Origin: Tubulanus polymorphus
Lineage: Eukaryota > Animalia > Nemertea
DNA: 64,000 nucleotides
NCBI RefSeq assembly: GCF_964204645.1
Contig: NC_134036.1
Coordinates: 11,015,859-11,079,858, forward strand
Direction of reading: 5' to 3'
Made by a program: the position numbers and the translations under genes. The notes beneath the pieces are model-generated. The model saw nothing but the letters and a program-made list of their open reading frames with translations, searched no databases and was not told the DNA's origin. Shown here piece after piece: positions 24,626-36,244 of the stretch. Within the stretch, counting starts at the first letter, position 1. Every line of letters begins with the position of its first letter.

Positions 24626-24816
24626 CCTGAGTACGGGCAAATTCGAGACAAAGAAAACCAAAAATTAAAAAACTAACGTTTTGATCATTCTTTCGTTTTA
24701 TTAAGAATGAATAACAAATACACAATAAATACACAATAAATAGAATAAATAAGATAAAATACACAATAAATAGAATAAATAAATAAATAATCATATACAC
24801 TGCGTTATTTCCTATA

Positions 24817-27800
24817 TCAATATCCGAACGGAAGCGTGTTATACCGATCTGCGGGGTCGAAAGCTCGTTTAGTATAAACCGCGCGATATATTTTTCGTTC
24901 GTCTCTATTGTAAATAGAACAGTCCTTGATCTTTCTATTAATTTTGTCGGGGTTTGATATGTAAAGATGGTCGTACTTTTCTTCGACAATTATATCTACC
25001 ATGGAACCAAAGTTTACAATTTGTTTGTTTCGAAAATTCAAATTGATCCCTTTAACTTTACATTCAGTCGAAAATGTATTATCTCTAGGACTAAATACCC
25101 GATATGCATAATTTTTTGGTCCAGCCGAAACAAATTCTGAAATAAACGACCCCTCCCCGTATTTATCAACCAATTCATCGGTCATATCACCCAAAAAATT
25201 CCCGGTCGGCGGATCCCATTCACCAGGTTTCACGCTATAAATAATGGAGTCGGTATCCGTGTATAGGGTTCGTTCCCCTAATTTCTCCATATAACTATAG
25301 AGAATAAGCCGCGCATGAGCCGTTGTGAAAGCTGCTAAGGCGACACTGGTTTTGTTTGTCGATTCGACAAATTCTTCGCGTTTTTTTGTAATGCACTCTT
25401 AGCACCTCGTCATTACACAACAACAAATCGCTTATCTCTAAGGTTTGATCTAAAAGCATTCTATATAATTCCCCGGGGTCCGAAATATATTTGGCCGTCG
25501 TTTTATTTTCATTCTGGCCGAGTTTACCCCACATCGAATTCAAACATAATTTCGCGACAGTTCGCATCCCCTTGGCTTTTTTAATTTTATCTTCTTCGAG
25601 TTGGATACCCTCCCTTTCTAAATAATCGGAAATGAATTTATCCTTTTGTTCGCGAGACATATCTTTAGCCGGCCAGCCACTAGCTTCAGTTTTAACTTTG
25701 AGGAATTTCCCTATGTAATCCTCGAATAAACCCGTTTCATTAGTCTCCCAATTCCAAATTTCATATATATCTAATATCTTATAACCAAGTTTCACTGCTT
25801 TTTGTACCTCTAAAGTTACCCAGGTACCGGTTATCGAACGTTCGTCAGCCGAGTGATGACACTTTTCGCGCTGATTGCTTTCATTAGCGCACGTTCGACA
25901 CAATGGGAAAGTCAATTTCCCATACGATCTATACGGGAGTACGGGTAGATATAAACCCCGAGGTGGTAAAACCTTACACTTGATCAACCCGTAATAATTT
26001 TCGATATCGCCGAAGTTTTCAGTCACAATACTCGGATGACCGATCGGATAACTACAACGACTGTTGACGTACGGGTATAACGAACATATGTCGATGTATT
26101 TGATTTTTTCTTCACCCTCGGCTTTGCGATAAATTTTTATCGCGTTCGTACGACCTCCGAAAAATGCGTCACGTGGTTGCAATGGATCGAGAAAATCAGA
26201 TTTCTTGACAAAATCTGCAAACGCGTGGTTTTCTTTAACCAAGTCACGATATTCGTGTTCCCAAAATTCTACCAAATTGTAACCCAAAGCTCTAATTTTA
26301 GATGTTTTTTTCTAATGTGGCCTGATATAATTCACCAATTTTACGATCGGGTCGTACCGGAGATATCAAATCCGGATTTTTGAAACACTTAGGGCATCCG
26401 TGATTTAAACAACCGTGAAATTCATACACGGTATTGGATTCGGCGTGATAACCGTCTACTTTAAAGTGGGCAATCGATACTTCGCCGCCGTTCAACGCGT
26501 GTTGGACTCTAATGTCGTTCGTTGTGGATACCCATTTCAAGCAGTTAATTGCCATATTGGAAAATTTTGCATTAGGCTTATAGCCACCCGGAGGGATTAG
26601 CCCTATTGTTGTTGGTTTCAAAAAGTTTGTTCGTAACGCCACATTGCACGCCGATGCTATAGTGATGCTATTACGAAATGGATCAACAGCCGAAAGAGCA
26701 AAGAATTGATGTTGAAAATTTACGACCGATTGTATTAGAATATCCACATCCGAACGACAGTATTCGACCAACTCGCGCTGCATGTCAAAAATGAAATTTT
26801 CAGACTGCCGATCGCTATGCCACTTTATTAAATCAGACCGCTCGCTCGAACTAAGACCGTCGGGATTGTAATATTCTATATCGGGAATAGGTCCGACGTA
26901 ATCAATATTCTCGCGAGTGCAGAATTTATACGGAAAATACCCTTTTTTTCAATTCTGGAATACCTAGTGTTTCAGGTAATTTACCAAGTTTCATTGGTAG
27001 AAAATTCAGTGTGTCCAAAAACTTTATGTCCAAACTTTTAACGGTCATAGTCATTATTTTCCCACCGTTTGGTACAATATCTGGTAATATACCTTGTGAA
27101 ACAAAATATTGCAGAATAAAGTAACCGTCAAAGGATTGAAAATTATGCGCAAAAACAATGGCGCCCCTATTCTCTTCCGTAAACAACCACTCGCAGAATT
27201 CAGAGTCCGTTTTAAACACGTGTTCGTGTTTACCGCAATAATCGCAAACCGAGTCGGGGTCCGTTTCGACCATTCACACATTTGACATATTCTATGCGCT
27301 ATACCCAAGACGACAACGTGGTTCGATTCCACAGTCGTTGTTTCGAAATCGAATGCGATGAACTTTCTATATTTCAGCTCATCGCCAGCCTTGTCCGCAT
27401 CCAAATACGGGTTAATTAGTGTATGAGGGGTGCCCTGTTCCTCAGAAACTATGTGATCCTGACTTTTGGCAACCCCGATGTAGCAAAGATGATCGCTCGG
27501 TTTTCGCTCTTTACATGAACTGCAGTATTTATGACCGCAGTCGTGAGATTTGAGATCAAGCTTCTTTCTAGGTACAATAGACCCGCATTGTAAACATCTC
27601 GCCTTTGAATCGCATAAGCTTGACCCATCCATTCTCGGTCTGCAGTGTCTGGCTAAACACGCCTCCGATTTAAAATAAATGTTGCATTTTTTGCATAAAT
27701 GGTCTCCTCTTTGTTGTCCGCAATTGCCTAAACAAAGTCTGCATTTATCCGTACAGCTATGTCTCTCAGCATTCGCATACCCCTTTTTACAAAAATAGCA

Positions 27801-29872
27801 AAAATACGGACGACATGTAAATGCAGACATCGAGGTAATTACGTCAAAATGACCATCCGTATATAAAAGTTCAATTTTTTTACACCCCGCCCCTTTGATT
27901 TTTAACACAACGTTATTCGCCTCGTAAATTATCTGATACGCGATATCATTACCGGTTGCGACTATTATAAAGTAATCCGATAATTGTTTCGCAAACGCAT
28001 CCAATTCGCGTAGTCCACACATGCCTTGGGGCACACCAGCATTCGTGTGTAAGGCAATTGCCGCATCCTTCTGCGTCGGACGATCGCATTGACGAATAAC
28101 GTTATAACGCGGATCATTATCCGCACGCGCCTTCGCCACCACTAATGACCTAGCGAGACACAAATCATCGTCATTATCGATCGAGACAATACAGCGTTTG
28201 TTTTGTCTAAACGACTCGAAATTTACCTCGACTCGTTTTCGACGGACACCACCTAGCGGCATTCGGATGAATGTACAATGGAAAATTAATCCATCCAAAG
28301 ACAAATCCTCATTCGACTGTAGAACACGGATTGTTCTATCGAGTATATATTCTACCGTTAGTTCGTCCAACGGTACGAATGGAAATTCAATGTTTCCATT
28401 GAGATCCGCGTGCTCGATAGATATCCGGATCCTGTCATTCGAACGAGCGTCCAACATTTCACTAATAGCCGCTAAAACGTCAGTTAGATAGTTCCGGACA
28501 GTGGTTTGTGTGTCCTGCGCTTCGAGTTGGCCGTTATTCTGGTCGTCATGTGGTATCACGGTAACCTTGTACAGCTCAGTTTTCGTATTGAACCTTTTAC
28601 TGTGCTGTACACGGTTCTGTAAAATAATTGAAACATTCTTTTTATTCATTCGAAATAGCTCGTCATTATATATGTTATACGATTTTGCTGCATTCAAATA
28701 CTTACCCTGACCAGTTTAATATTACCCCGTATTATTTCGTCGGGGTTTTCAAAGTGAGGGCGCTTCGAACACGGTACTTCTTCCTCATCATCAATATCGT
28801 CGATAGGACGCTTCGATGTTGAGGGCTGTGGCGCGCATACCTCGCTGTGATTTCTTAACTCGGCGATTGATGGGAACGAATTCGAGCATCGCGAGCACGT
28901 AAACGACCGTATGGTGGATGGTGGCGGTGGTGGCGGTCGTGGTAAGGTCGATGACTTGTTAGGTCGACACGTCATCATATGCCGTACCAAGCTATCTTTA
29001 CGAGATAGCGTTTTACCGCATATGTCACAATAATGCTAGAAAAAAAGGAAAGAAAAAATACCCTGATTATATTAAAGATGAATAACAATATTAGCAATTC
29101 ATGAGTTCAATTACTTACAGAGTTAGATGTCCCAGGGTGAACGGGGTGACAATCAGGTAGTGGCTGAGGGTTTACACACGGTAGAGGGTTTACACGTGGT
29201 TGTTCGACGAATTTTTGACACGTTTTGGCGTGTCGACGCATGTTGTCCACGCGTCCAAACACCTTACCGCACTTGATGCACTCAGACCCCTTCAATAGAC
29301 AATGACATTGAATGTATATTAAAAAATGATATATAGCGGTTTTTCTTTCGTAACTCATAATTTAAAACTTACCGGTTTAGTCTCCGATGTGACAGGTTGT
29401 GCGGGCGGTGATGAGGGTTTGGCAGCTTATCCTTTACACGTTTTAACATGCCTCTTCATATTATCTTTGCGGGTAAAAGACTTGCCGCATGTGTCACATT
29501 GCCAGCTATCAGTAGTTCCAAAGTGGGAAATCAAATGGTGTGCCAGTGTTTGCTGGTTAGCACAATTTAGACCGCATATTTTGCAGTCCCATATTTGCTG
29601 AAAATATAAAATAGGTATTTAATAATACGTTCAACCGCGTAGTAATTAAATGAGCGGTTCAAATCTACTTACCGGAAGCTACAGGCCCCATGCTGTTGCG
29701 CCGGTGGGGATGCCATACAGATGACGGTGTGGTGCGTCAAATCGCGCGCACACGCAAATGCTTTGCAACAGCTCAAGCACTTGAACCCCTTCTTACCAAC
29801 GTGAAGTTGTTGGTGTTGTTCCAAGACGATTTCATTGACAAAAGTAGCTGGGCAGTATTGACAGGAATACAT
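24817..29872 (-). pseudogene. polB: Spliced protein-primed DNA polymerase B of element B with N-terminal zinc-finger exons
   Basis: Exons 29872-29673, 29597-29373, 29289-29119, 29035-28706 and 28616 onward. Motifs CLARSLVV, FDFET, AHNFQSFDG, YCRSDV, PRDAFFGGRT, YIDICSLYP, KLCLNSMWGK, YTDTDS, GPKNYAY, KVKGI; several frameshifts. Confidence 0.93.
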
Positions 29873-29932
29873 TTTTCTGTAAGAAAAAGAAAAACAAAAA
29901 TGAGTATGTGTTATTTTTAAAAGAGACTAATC

Positions 29933-30256
29933 TTGAGTGTTTGCAAGTCAATTATGGGTCGACTATCGAGTGCCTATTCAATGGACGGGTTATTACGAAC
30001 GCTACTGTTCACGATTTTGGATTACACGCGAATACACCAAGTGTTACTGAGTCAAAAGCATTTAACATATATTCAACGTTTAGCCAGATATTTTGTAGAT
30101 TGCGACGAACCAGATGGATTTTGCATAGTTTTGAAAGAATTAAACATGACGGAGCGGTTCCTTTATAAAATTGTCGGCGCTATATTTTGTTTAGATGTGA
30201 TTGATCTTCAACCGGAGCGTAAATATTTCATTCGAAGAATTTATATCGATGTATGA
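29933..30256 (+). CDS. Possible hypothetical protein of element B
   Basis: 107-codon ORF between polB and the ATPase; no motif recognised. Confidence 0.3.
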   Translation: MSVCKSIMGRLSSAYSMDGLLRTLLFTILDYTRIHQVLLSQKHLTYIQRLARYFVDCDEPDGFCIVLKELNMTERFLYKIVGAIFCLDVIDLQPERKYFIRRIYIDV

Positions 30257-30561
30257 AAAAAGGCGACTAGTGTTTTATGAAAAACAATCAAACCGTGAAT
30301 ATGTAAAATCGGAAAATAGTCAAACCGTATTTTTAACTAATGTTATTTTGTCAAAACCGTATAGTATTTTCCTATTAAAAAAGTTCAAACCTCATTTCTT
30401 CAAAATTGAAAATTTTTAAAACCTCGTTTAGTAAAAATAAAGAATCTAGTAAACCATAAAACGCTTGAACTGTTTTTTCTAAAATATTAGCAACCTCCGG
30501 TTTCTATTAAAAGTGTTTTTTTTCGTTCGCTACTAAAACACATAAACACCAAAACACTAAG

Positions 30562-31190
30562 ATGGCAGAGTATGATGGTCCTAGATATTTATCTCACCCA
30601 TTCACGATGATAGTCGCGGGACCGACGGGGTCTGGCAAAAGCGTGTTTGTAAAAAAGGTTATAACGGAGAATCTTGTCGAAAAGAATCCTGATAAGATAT
30701 ATTGGTGTTACGCGGAGGCGCAACCCGAAATGTTCAACGAATTGGAAAAGTTTGGAGTGCGATTTGTAGAAGGTTTTTCCGGAGAACTCTACGATAAAAT
30801 AGATGGCAGCAAACGTGTATTAATTATAGTCGACGATTTGATGAATGAAGTAGTTTGTATACACGAGGATCCCATCATCGCAACATCAGCGTTATTACGA
30901 TTGTACAAAATATTTTCCCGAAAGGCAAAGAGTTTAGAACGATTAGTTTAAACTCGCATTATATTGTCGTTTTTAAAAATGCGCGAGATAGAAATCAAGT
31001 TCGCGTTCTCGCTTAACAAGCCGGTTTGAAAAGCGAAATTGAATCGGCCTTTAGAGACGCAACCAAGGAACCCCACGGTTATCTTTTACTGGATTTTAAA
31101 CCGAAAACTGATGAAAGATGGCGTTTGAGAACTAGAATTTTTCCTAGCGATAAATACCATATAATATACAAAACAAAGAAAATTCATTAA
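30562..31190 (+). pseudogene. Packaging ATPase of element B
   Basis: HPFTMIVAGPTGSGKS, IIVDDLM, then shifted frame TRGSHHRNIS, RTISLNSHY, PHGYLLLD, RLRTRIFP. Confidence 0.92.
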
Positions 31191-31228
31191 AAGTATAATT
31201 TTCGACTAATAACTAATAAAAGAAGACC

Positions 31229-31612
31229 ATGGCGCCGCGTAAAAACAACTCGTTACAAAGAGTGAAAAAATATATACATCATTTACACGTGTTGGGTAGA
31301 TGTAATAAGAAACAACGTAGAGCGTTGATAGAATCGGCTCCGTCAGACTTAATCAAGTGCGTATGCGAGATATCCAAAAACAGTTTAGCAGGAAATATAA
31401 AACATAGCAACAAAGATAAACGCGTGTTGAAACAACATAAACGTTACATACGCATGTTGGCCAACAATTCGATAGCCATTAAACATAAACGAGGAATAAT
31501 TTCGCAAAAAGGTGGATTTCTGCGATTCATTTTACTACCACTTTTGAAACCTATACTGACGTCTGTTTTAACGAACGCCGCAAACCGAATAGTAGATAAG
31601 GCAATAGCATGA
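31229..31612 (+). CDS. Conserved small basic Maverick protein (putative core protein)
   Basis: KQRRAL..DLIKCVCE..N.L.GN..; QKGG|F resembles an adenain cleavage site. Confidence 0.75.
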   Translation: MAPRKNNSLQRVKKYIHHLHVLGRCNKKQRRALIESAPSDLIKCVCEISKNSLAGNIKHSNKDKRVLKQHKRYIRMLANNSIAIKHKRGIISQKGGFLRFILLPLLKPILTSVLTNAANRIVDKAIA

Positions 31613-32280
31613 AGAACGTTGAAAAGTTAATCATTTTACCCGATTCCATGTTACCCTCGATACAAGCTTTTATCGCGAGTCAGGAACGTCAACAAGAAAA
31701 AAAAAACACCCGCTACCTACAACCCTCTAATGGATAACAAAATACCCGACGATCTCAAATACTTAAAGTATAATCAGTTATTGCAGCAAGAAATACATAA
31801 ATCATCTGTAGAAAAGGATATTAACCAAACGACACAAGATAATATAGAAATCTCGGGCAAATATACTACGCAGAAGATTATTGATCGGTTACCGCTAAGA
31901 TTTAGGAAAAAATGTAAATCCCTATTAGCATTTTTTGAAGATAATCCAGGAATTTTGAAACGGAATGATAAAGACGAACTGATTTACAAGGACAATTTAA
32001 TTCGCGGAAGCAACATTGACGATATTTTACACATGTCGTTAGTACAAACTAAAATGGATCAAGAATATATCGGTCTAGATCTGTATTTAACGAGTTGAAC
32101 GTACCATTGAGTCTTATTTCGAATAAAACGTTAAAGAGAAGTATCAAAGGTGAACTTACCGTTGATTTAGATACGTCGTTGTCTCCAAAGAGGAAGAAAC
32201 CAAAGTATGATCAGAGCGGATCCGGACTGTGTGGAGTGCGTGATGGCAATGTGAATTACACAAACTGGCTATCCTTTTAA
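31609..32280 (+). pseudogene. Conserved Maverick hypothetical protein (fragmented)
   Basis: DD.K...Y.Q.LQ, EL....I.GSNI.D, NVP.SLI.N, terminal W..F. Confidence 0.7.
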
Positions 32281-32574
32281 CTACTAGAAAACCTAATAGC
32301 GACTGTCAAAAAGCTTTGACCAATTACGAGGCTTCATTTTTGTTTGGGGGGGGGGGAGTGTCAGAGGTTAGAAAACCATAGTTTGATGTTGATACTATTA
32401 GTTAATTGACAAGTTGATATGATATACGAGAGTTAATTGGCTGTGCGGGTTTCATATGTGACCGAGTTACTAATAGTTAATTGGATGTACGGGTTTCATT
32501 GTTGGGTCAAGTTAATTCGATATTAATTGTGAATCGGCTATGTGGGTCTCATTTGTGGTCGAGTAAGCACGTTA

Positions 32575-33101
32575 ATGATGATTGAGGTTGTAAACGTTGT
32601 ATCCACTGCGCATTTGAATTGCCGTTTAAATTTAACCGATATTGCAAGAAAATTATGTAATGTCGTTTATGACCCCCGAAAGTTTAGCGGATTGATGTGG
32701 AAACATAGACGTATAAAAGGTAGCTGTCTATTGTTCGTTAATGGAAAAATGGTAGTGACAGGATGTAAAAGCGAGTTTAACAGCCGATGCAGTACACGGA
32801 AATTTGCTCGTTTGATACAAAGGATGGGTTACGTAGGGAACTTGAATAACTTGAAAATACAAACTATGACTGGAGTCGCAAAAATCGGTCGACGCGTAGA
32901 CTTAGTGCAACTTTCCAAAACAGTTGACGGTTGATTATAATCCTGAAATATTTCCCGGTTTTGTGTACAAATGTGAAAACGGAATAAAATGTATAGTACA
33001 TAACGGCGATACTTTAATATTGTCGGGTGCCAAAAAACTCAACGATTTTACAGGAAGCCTACGAAGAAGTTCTATTCTATACCATTCTTTGTTCCAAATA
33101 A
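32575..33101 (+). pseudogene. TBP: Intronless TATA-binding-protein homologue carried by element B
   Basis: NVVST, L.L..IA, YDPRKFSGL, LLFVNGKMVVTG.KS, RKFARLIQRMG, then YNPEIFPG.VY and LSGAK: the two TBP core repeats; two frameshifts. Confidence 0.88.
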
Positions 33102-33276
33102 AAAAGTCATTAAAAGCATATTGTTTTTTAAGTGTAAATAAAATTATGAGAAAAGATGAATTGGCGAAAGTTATTTTGTTGGTGTTGTTTGAAGCAGGAG
33201 GAGCCGAATTTCGAGTGTCAATTCAATAGAGTTAATTGAGTATTGAGCACGTGTTGCGGTAGTACAACTGTAATTG

Positions 33277-33997
33277 ATGAAAGCCGAACAGAAAAGATTC
33301 CTGGCGAATCAATATTATGGCGTCGACAAAGAAGGAAGTTTTTCAAACGCAAATACATTACTACGGATTTGTAAAAAAGAAAACAAAAATATCTCTTAAC
33401 GTGAGATACGAGACTGGTTAGCCGAACAAGAAGTTCATACGTTACACGCCAAAGTACGAAAGAGATTTCCCAGAAACAAAACTATGGCCTATCGAGTAAA
33501 CGAACAATTTCAGGTTGACTTGTGCGACGTTTCGAATATTTCGAAACACAACGACGGTTACAAATTTCTATTGACGGCTATTGATGTATTGTCTAGATAC
33601 GCGTTCGCTATACCGTTAGAGAATAAATTTAATTCTACCGTTGTGGATAGTTTTAAAAAGATTTTCAAGATTTGGAAACCTAGCGTTATTCAATCGGATT
33701 CAGGCACAGAATTTGTCGGTTCAAAAACGCAGGCGTATCTGAAAAACGAGGGCGTACGTTTTTTCCAAAGTAAAAACGAAGTAAAATGCGCTTTAATCGA
33801 AAGATGGATACGTACTTTAAAATCGAAAATGTATAAGATATTTTCGCATAGAAATTCATACAGATATATTGATTTGCTTAAAGATATAGTAGCGTCATAC
33901 AATAAATCGTTTCATCGTAGTATAAAAATGGCTCCAAACGATGTCAACGAGTTAAACGCGTACAAAGTTTTCAAGAATCTATACGGTACAATCCGTA
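33277..33997 (+). pseudogene. rve integrase of element B, 3' truncated
   Basis: YY....GSF, WL..Q..HTLH, FQVDLCD, IDVLSRYAF, QSDSGTEF, IERWIRTLK, YNKSFHRSIKMAP. Confidence 0.92.
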
Positions 33998-34445
33998 GTA
34001 AATATGTTCTGAATTTATATGTATTTCCTTTTAATCCTTCATATTCTGAGTGGATAACTAATTTATCTCCATAGTTATTAGTAACTGTATCAATATTTGT
34101 AATTAAATATTTCTTATGAATTGTTAATTCCGTTAACTTTTTGAATTTATAATCTGCAGATTTTACATTTGTGATATCTTTAATTCTATCTAAAAATGAT
34201 TTGTTGTTCTCACTGTGTACTTGTTCACTCTCCATTTTTATAACATATTTTTTATTAAAATTGATTTTAGAAGTTATTAGATTAATTTTGTAAGAGTAAT
34301 AGGGAATATGTTGGTCTAGATTAAAGGTTGAGAGGTTGAGTGAGTAGAAAATGAAAAATAAATTGTGCGAGAATTAATTTTTCATTTTTTACTCACTCGA
34401 CCTTTCGACCTTTGATCTAGAACAACATATTCCCTATTACTGTTA
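33998..34445 (-). mobile_element. Element-A family fragment: terminal hairpin joined to the SSB-like gene
   Basis: 34235-33998 encodes a close paralog of 10246-10490; hairpin at 34295-34441. Confidence 0.88.
34295..34441. repeat. 147-bp imperfect palindrome (70-bp arms, 7-nt loop)
   Basis: AGTAATAGGGAATATGTT...AACATATTCCCTATTACT with 7 mismatches. Confidence 0.95.
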
Positions 34446-35140
34446 TGATTTAATTAAAGTAGTTAATTTCACTTTGTTCTGTTCTAGGCAAAGAAACACA
34501 GTGTGAACAGAATGTCTAAGGCGGCAAACTAAATACGCATGTCGCACTACCGGAAAGGGTTGAATTACATTTTGAAAAGATCAACCGCCGCAGTAGCAGC
34601 ATTAACTAAAATAATCCCAAAACTTATTAGAAATGAATTGGAAGTATGATGTCATCATATAGTGAAAGCATAGGCTCGCTAATAAAAAATATCAATATCA
34701 TCAATTCAATTAACATCTGCAGTTGCTCAATTAACACATTTATTAATCTATTTATGTCCATGGAATTTTTTTCACTTTTCAGAAATTGTTACCAGTAATA
34801 TTACCAGGGATGATAGAAGAAAGGAAATTGAAAATGCACACCTGCCATCACTAAATGATCAGTGAGTATTATATCAGTTTACATTCATTTAAGTATATCT
34901 CCCTATCATTAAAAAATCTAATACCTACAAATTTACGTATGAAAAAAGGGGTTCGCACGAAGCCACTTAACGACTTCTATTTAGTTTAATCTTAATTGAA
35001 CATGACTAAACCACTTTAGTGCCAGGTTCCATTACGCATCTATGTGAAGTTACTTTGAACTTTGATATCGAGAAGTCTATCAAATTAATTCTTACAGTGA
35101 AATCAATGATAGCGCAGATGTTGATGCCGATGAAGCTGTT

Positions 35141-35482
35141 GTGTTCGGTGGCAATGAAGATAAAGCTGATGATGATCAAGATGACCGTGATAAAGATAAT
35201 AATGACAGTGAACAGTTGCAGGAACCAGTTAACCTGAAAAAGGGAGTGAAAGGAAAAAGCACGCGACAGAAGTGGTCATTGAAAGAACTCAATGAAATAA
35301 AGAAATATTTCATTAAATATCTCGAGAGTGGTATCCCTCCAAACACATTTGCATGTGAAAAAGCTAAAAAGCTTAGTAAAGCCAATAATGGAGAGTTGCC
35401 TTTAAGGCAAAGTCACCTTATCATAAAGAAAATTAGCAACATGAATGTAACAAAACGGCAATCTTTGAAAAATAAAAAGTAA
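35141..35482 (+). pseudogene. C-terminal SANT/HTH-like exon, probably of a Crypton-like tyrosine-recombinase transposon
   Basis: R.KWS..E...I..YF...L..G.PP....C pattern after an acidic linker. Confidence 0.4.
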
Positions 35483-36244
35483 TTTTATCCACATTCGCAA
35501 CTAAATAATACTGAAGCGATATTCTAAAGACGAGAAGTACTTTGTCCCCTTCACAAGTATAGAAATATTCTATTTGTAACATTTCTGATGTTGAAATAAA
35601 AATGGTGAATTTTAATTCATTGTTGTTTTAGCAATTGTCAGATGTTGCTTACTCTCTACATAAGGGGCATTTCAAAAAATTCACAAATGTAGCTATAATT
35701 GGTGTCTGTACAGTTTCCCACTCAGTGCCCACCAGTCTATGTATTAAGCCAATCAGATGTGTTGTTTTTACCAGCAGGTTCGCTCTATGAATAACCATGC
35801 ATCTGATTGGCTAGATATATAGATTGGCAGGCGCCGAGCAGGAACCTGTCACCCCAAAAAAATCTTGGGCGATATAATAGACCAATGAAGGCTTTGCAGC
35901 TGGGTTTGGTTGACATGGGCCTTGGCTAGCGGCAATCAAACCCTGGCAAGCGAGGATGTAGGCCATGTGGCCTGCAATCAAGTCATTTTCATCGAATACT
36001 AGAGGCCATATAATAGCTTAAACTGTCCACCGTTCACCCATTAGTACTGATTGACTAATGGTCAATATTGACCCTGTCCCATTATTAGACCGGACTAGTG
36101 ATATTCTTCCGTACAGACAGCAGAATGGTTGTTGCAAAAAGGCAGCCCGATGTTATTTTATGAAATTAGGATATCAAGTCACATGAGGTGCTTTTTGTTA
36201 GAAAAGTTTTTAAAGACACATAAGAATGTCTAGCCATATAAGCC

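Larger units (their letters stand above)
24167..33997. mobile_element. Element B, left part: Maverick/Polinton (beta-adintovirus-like)
   Basis: 5'-AGTAGTAGGG terminus, polB on -, ATPase, conserved small genes, TBP and integrase on +. Confidence 0.92.
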
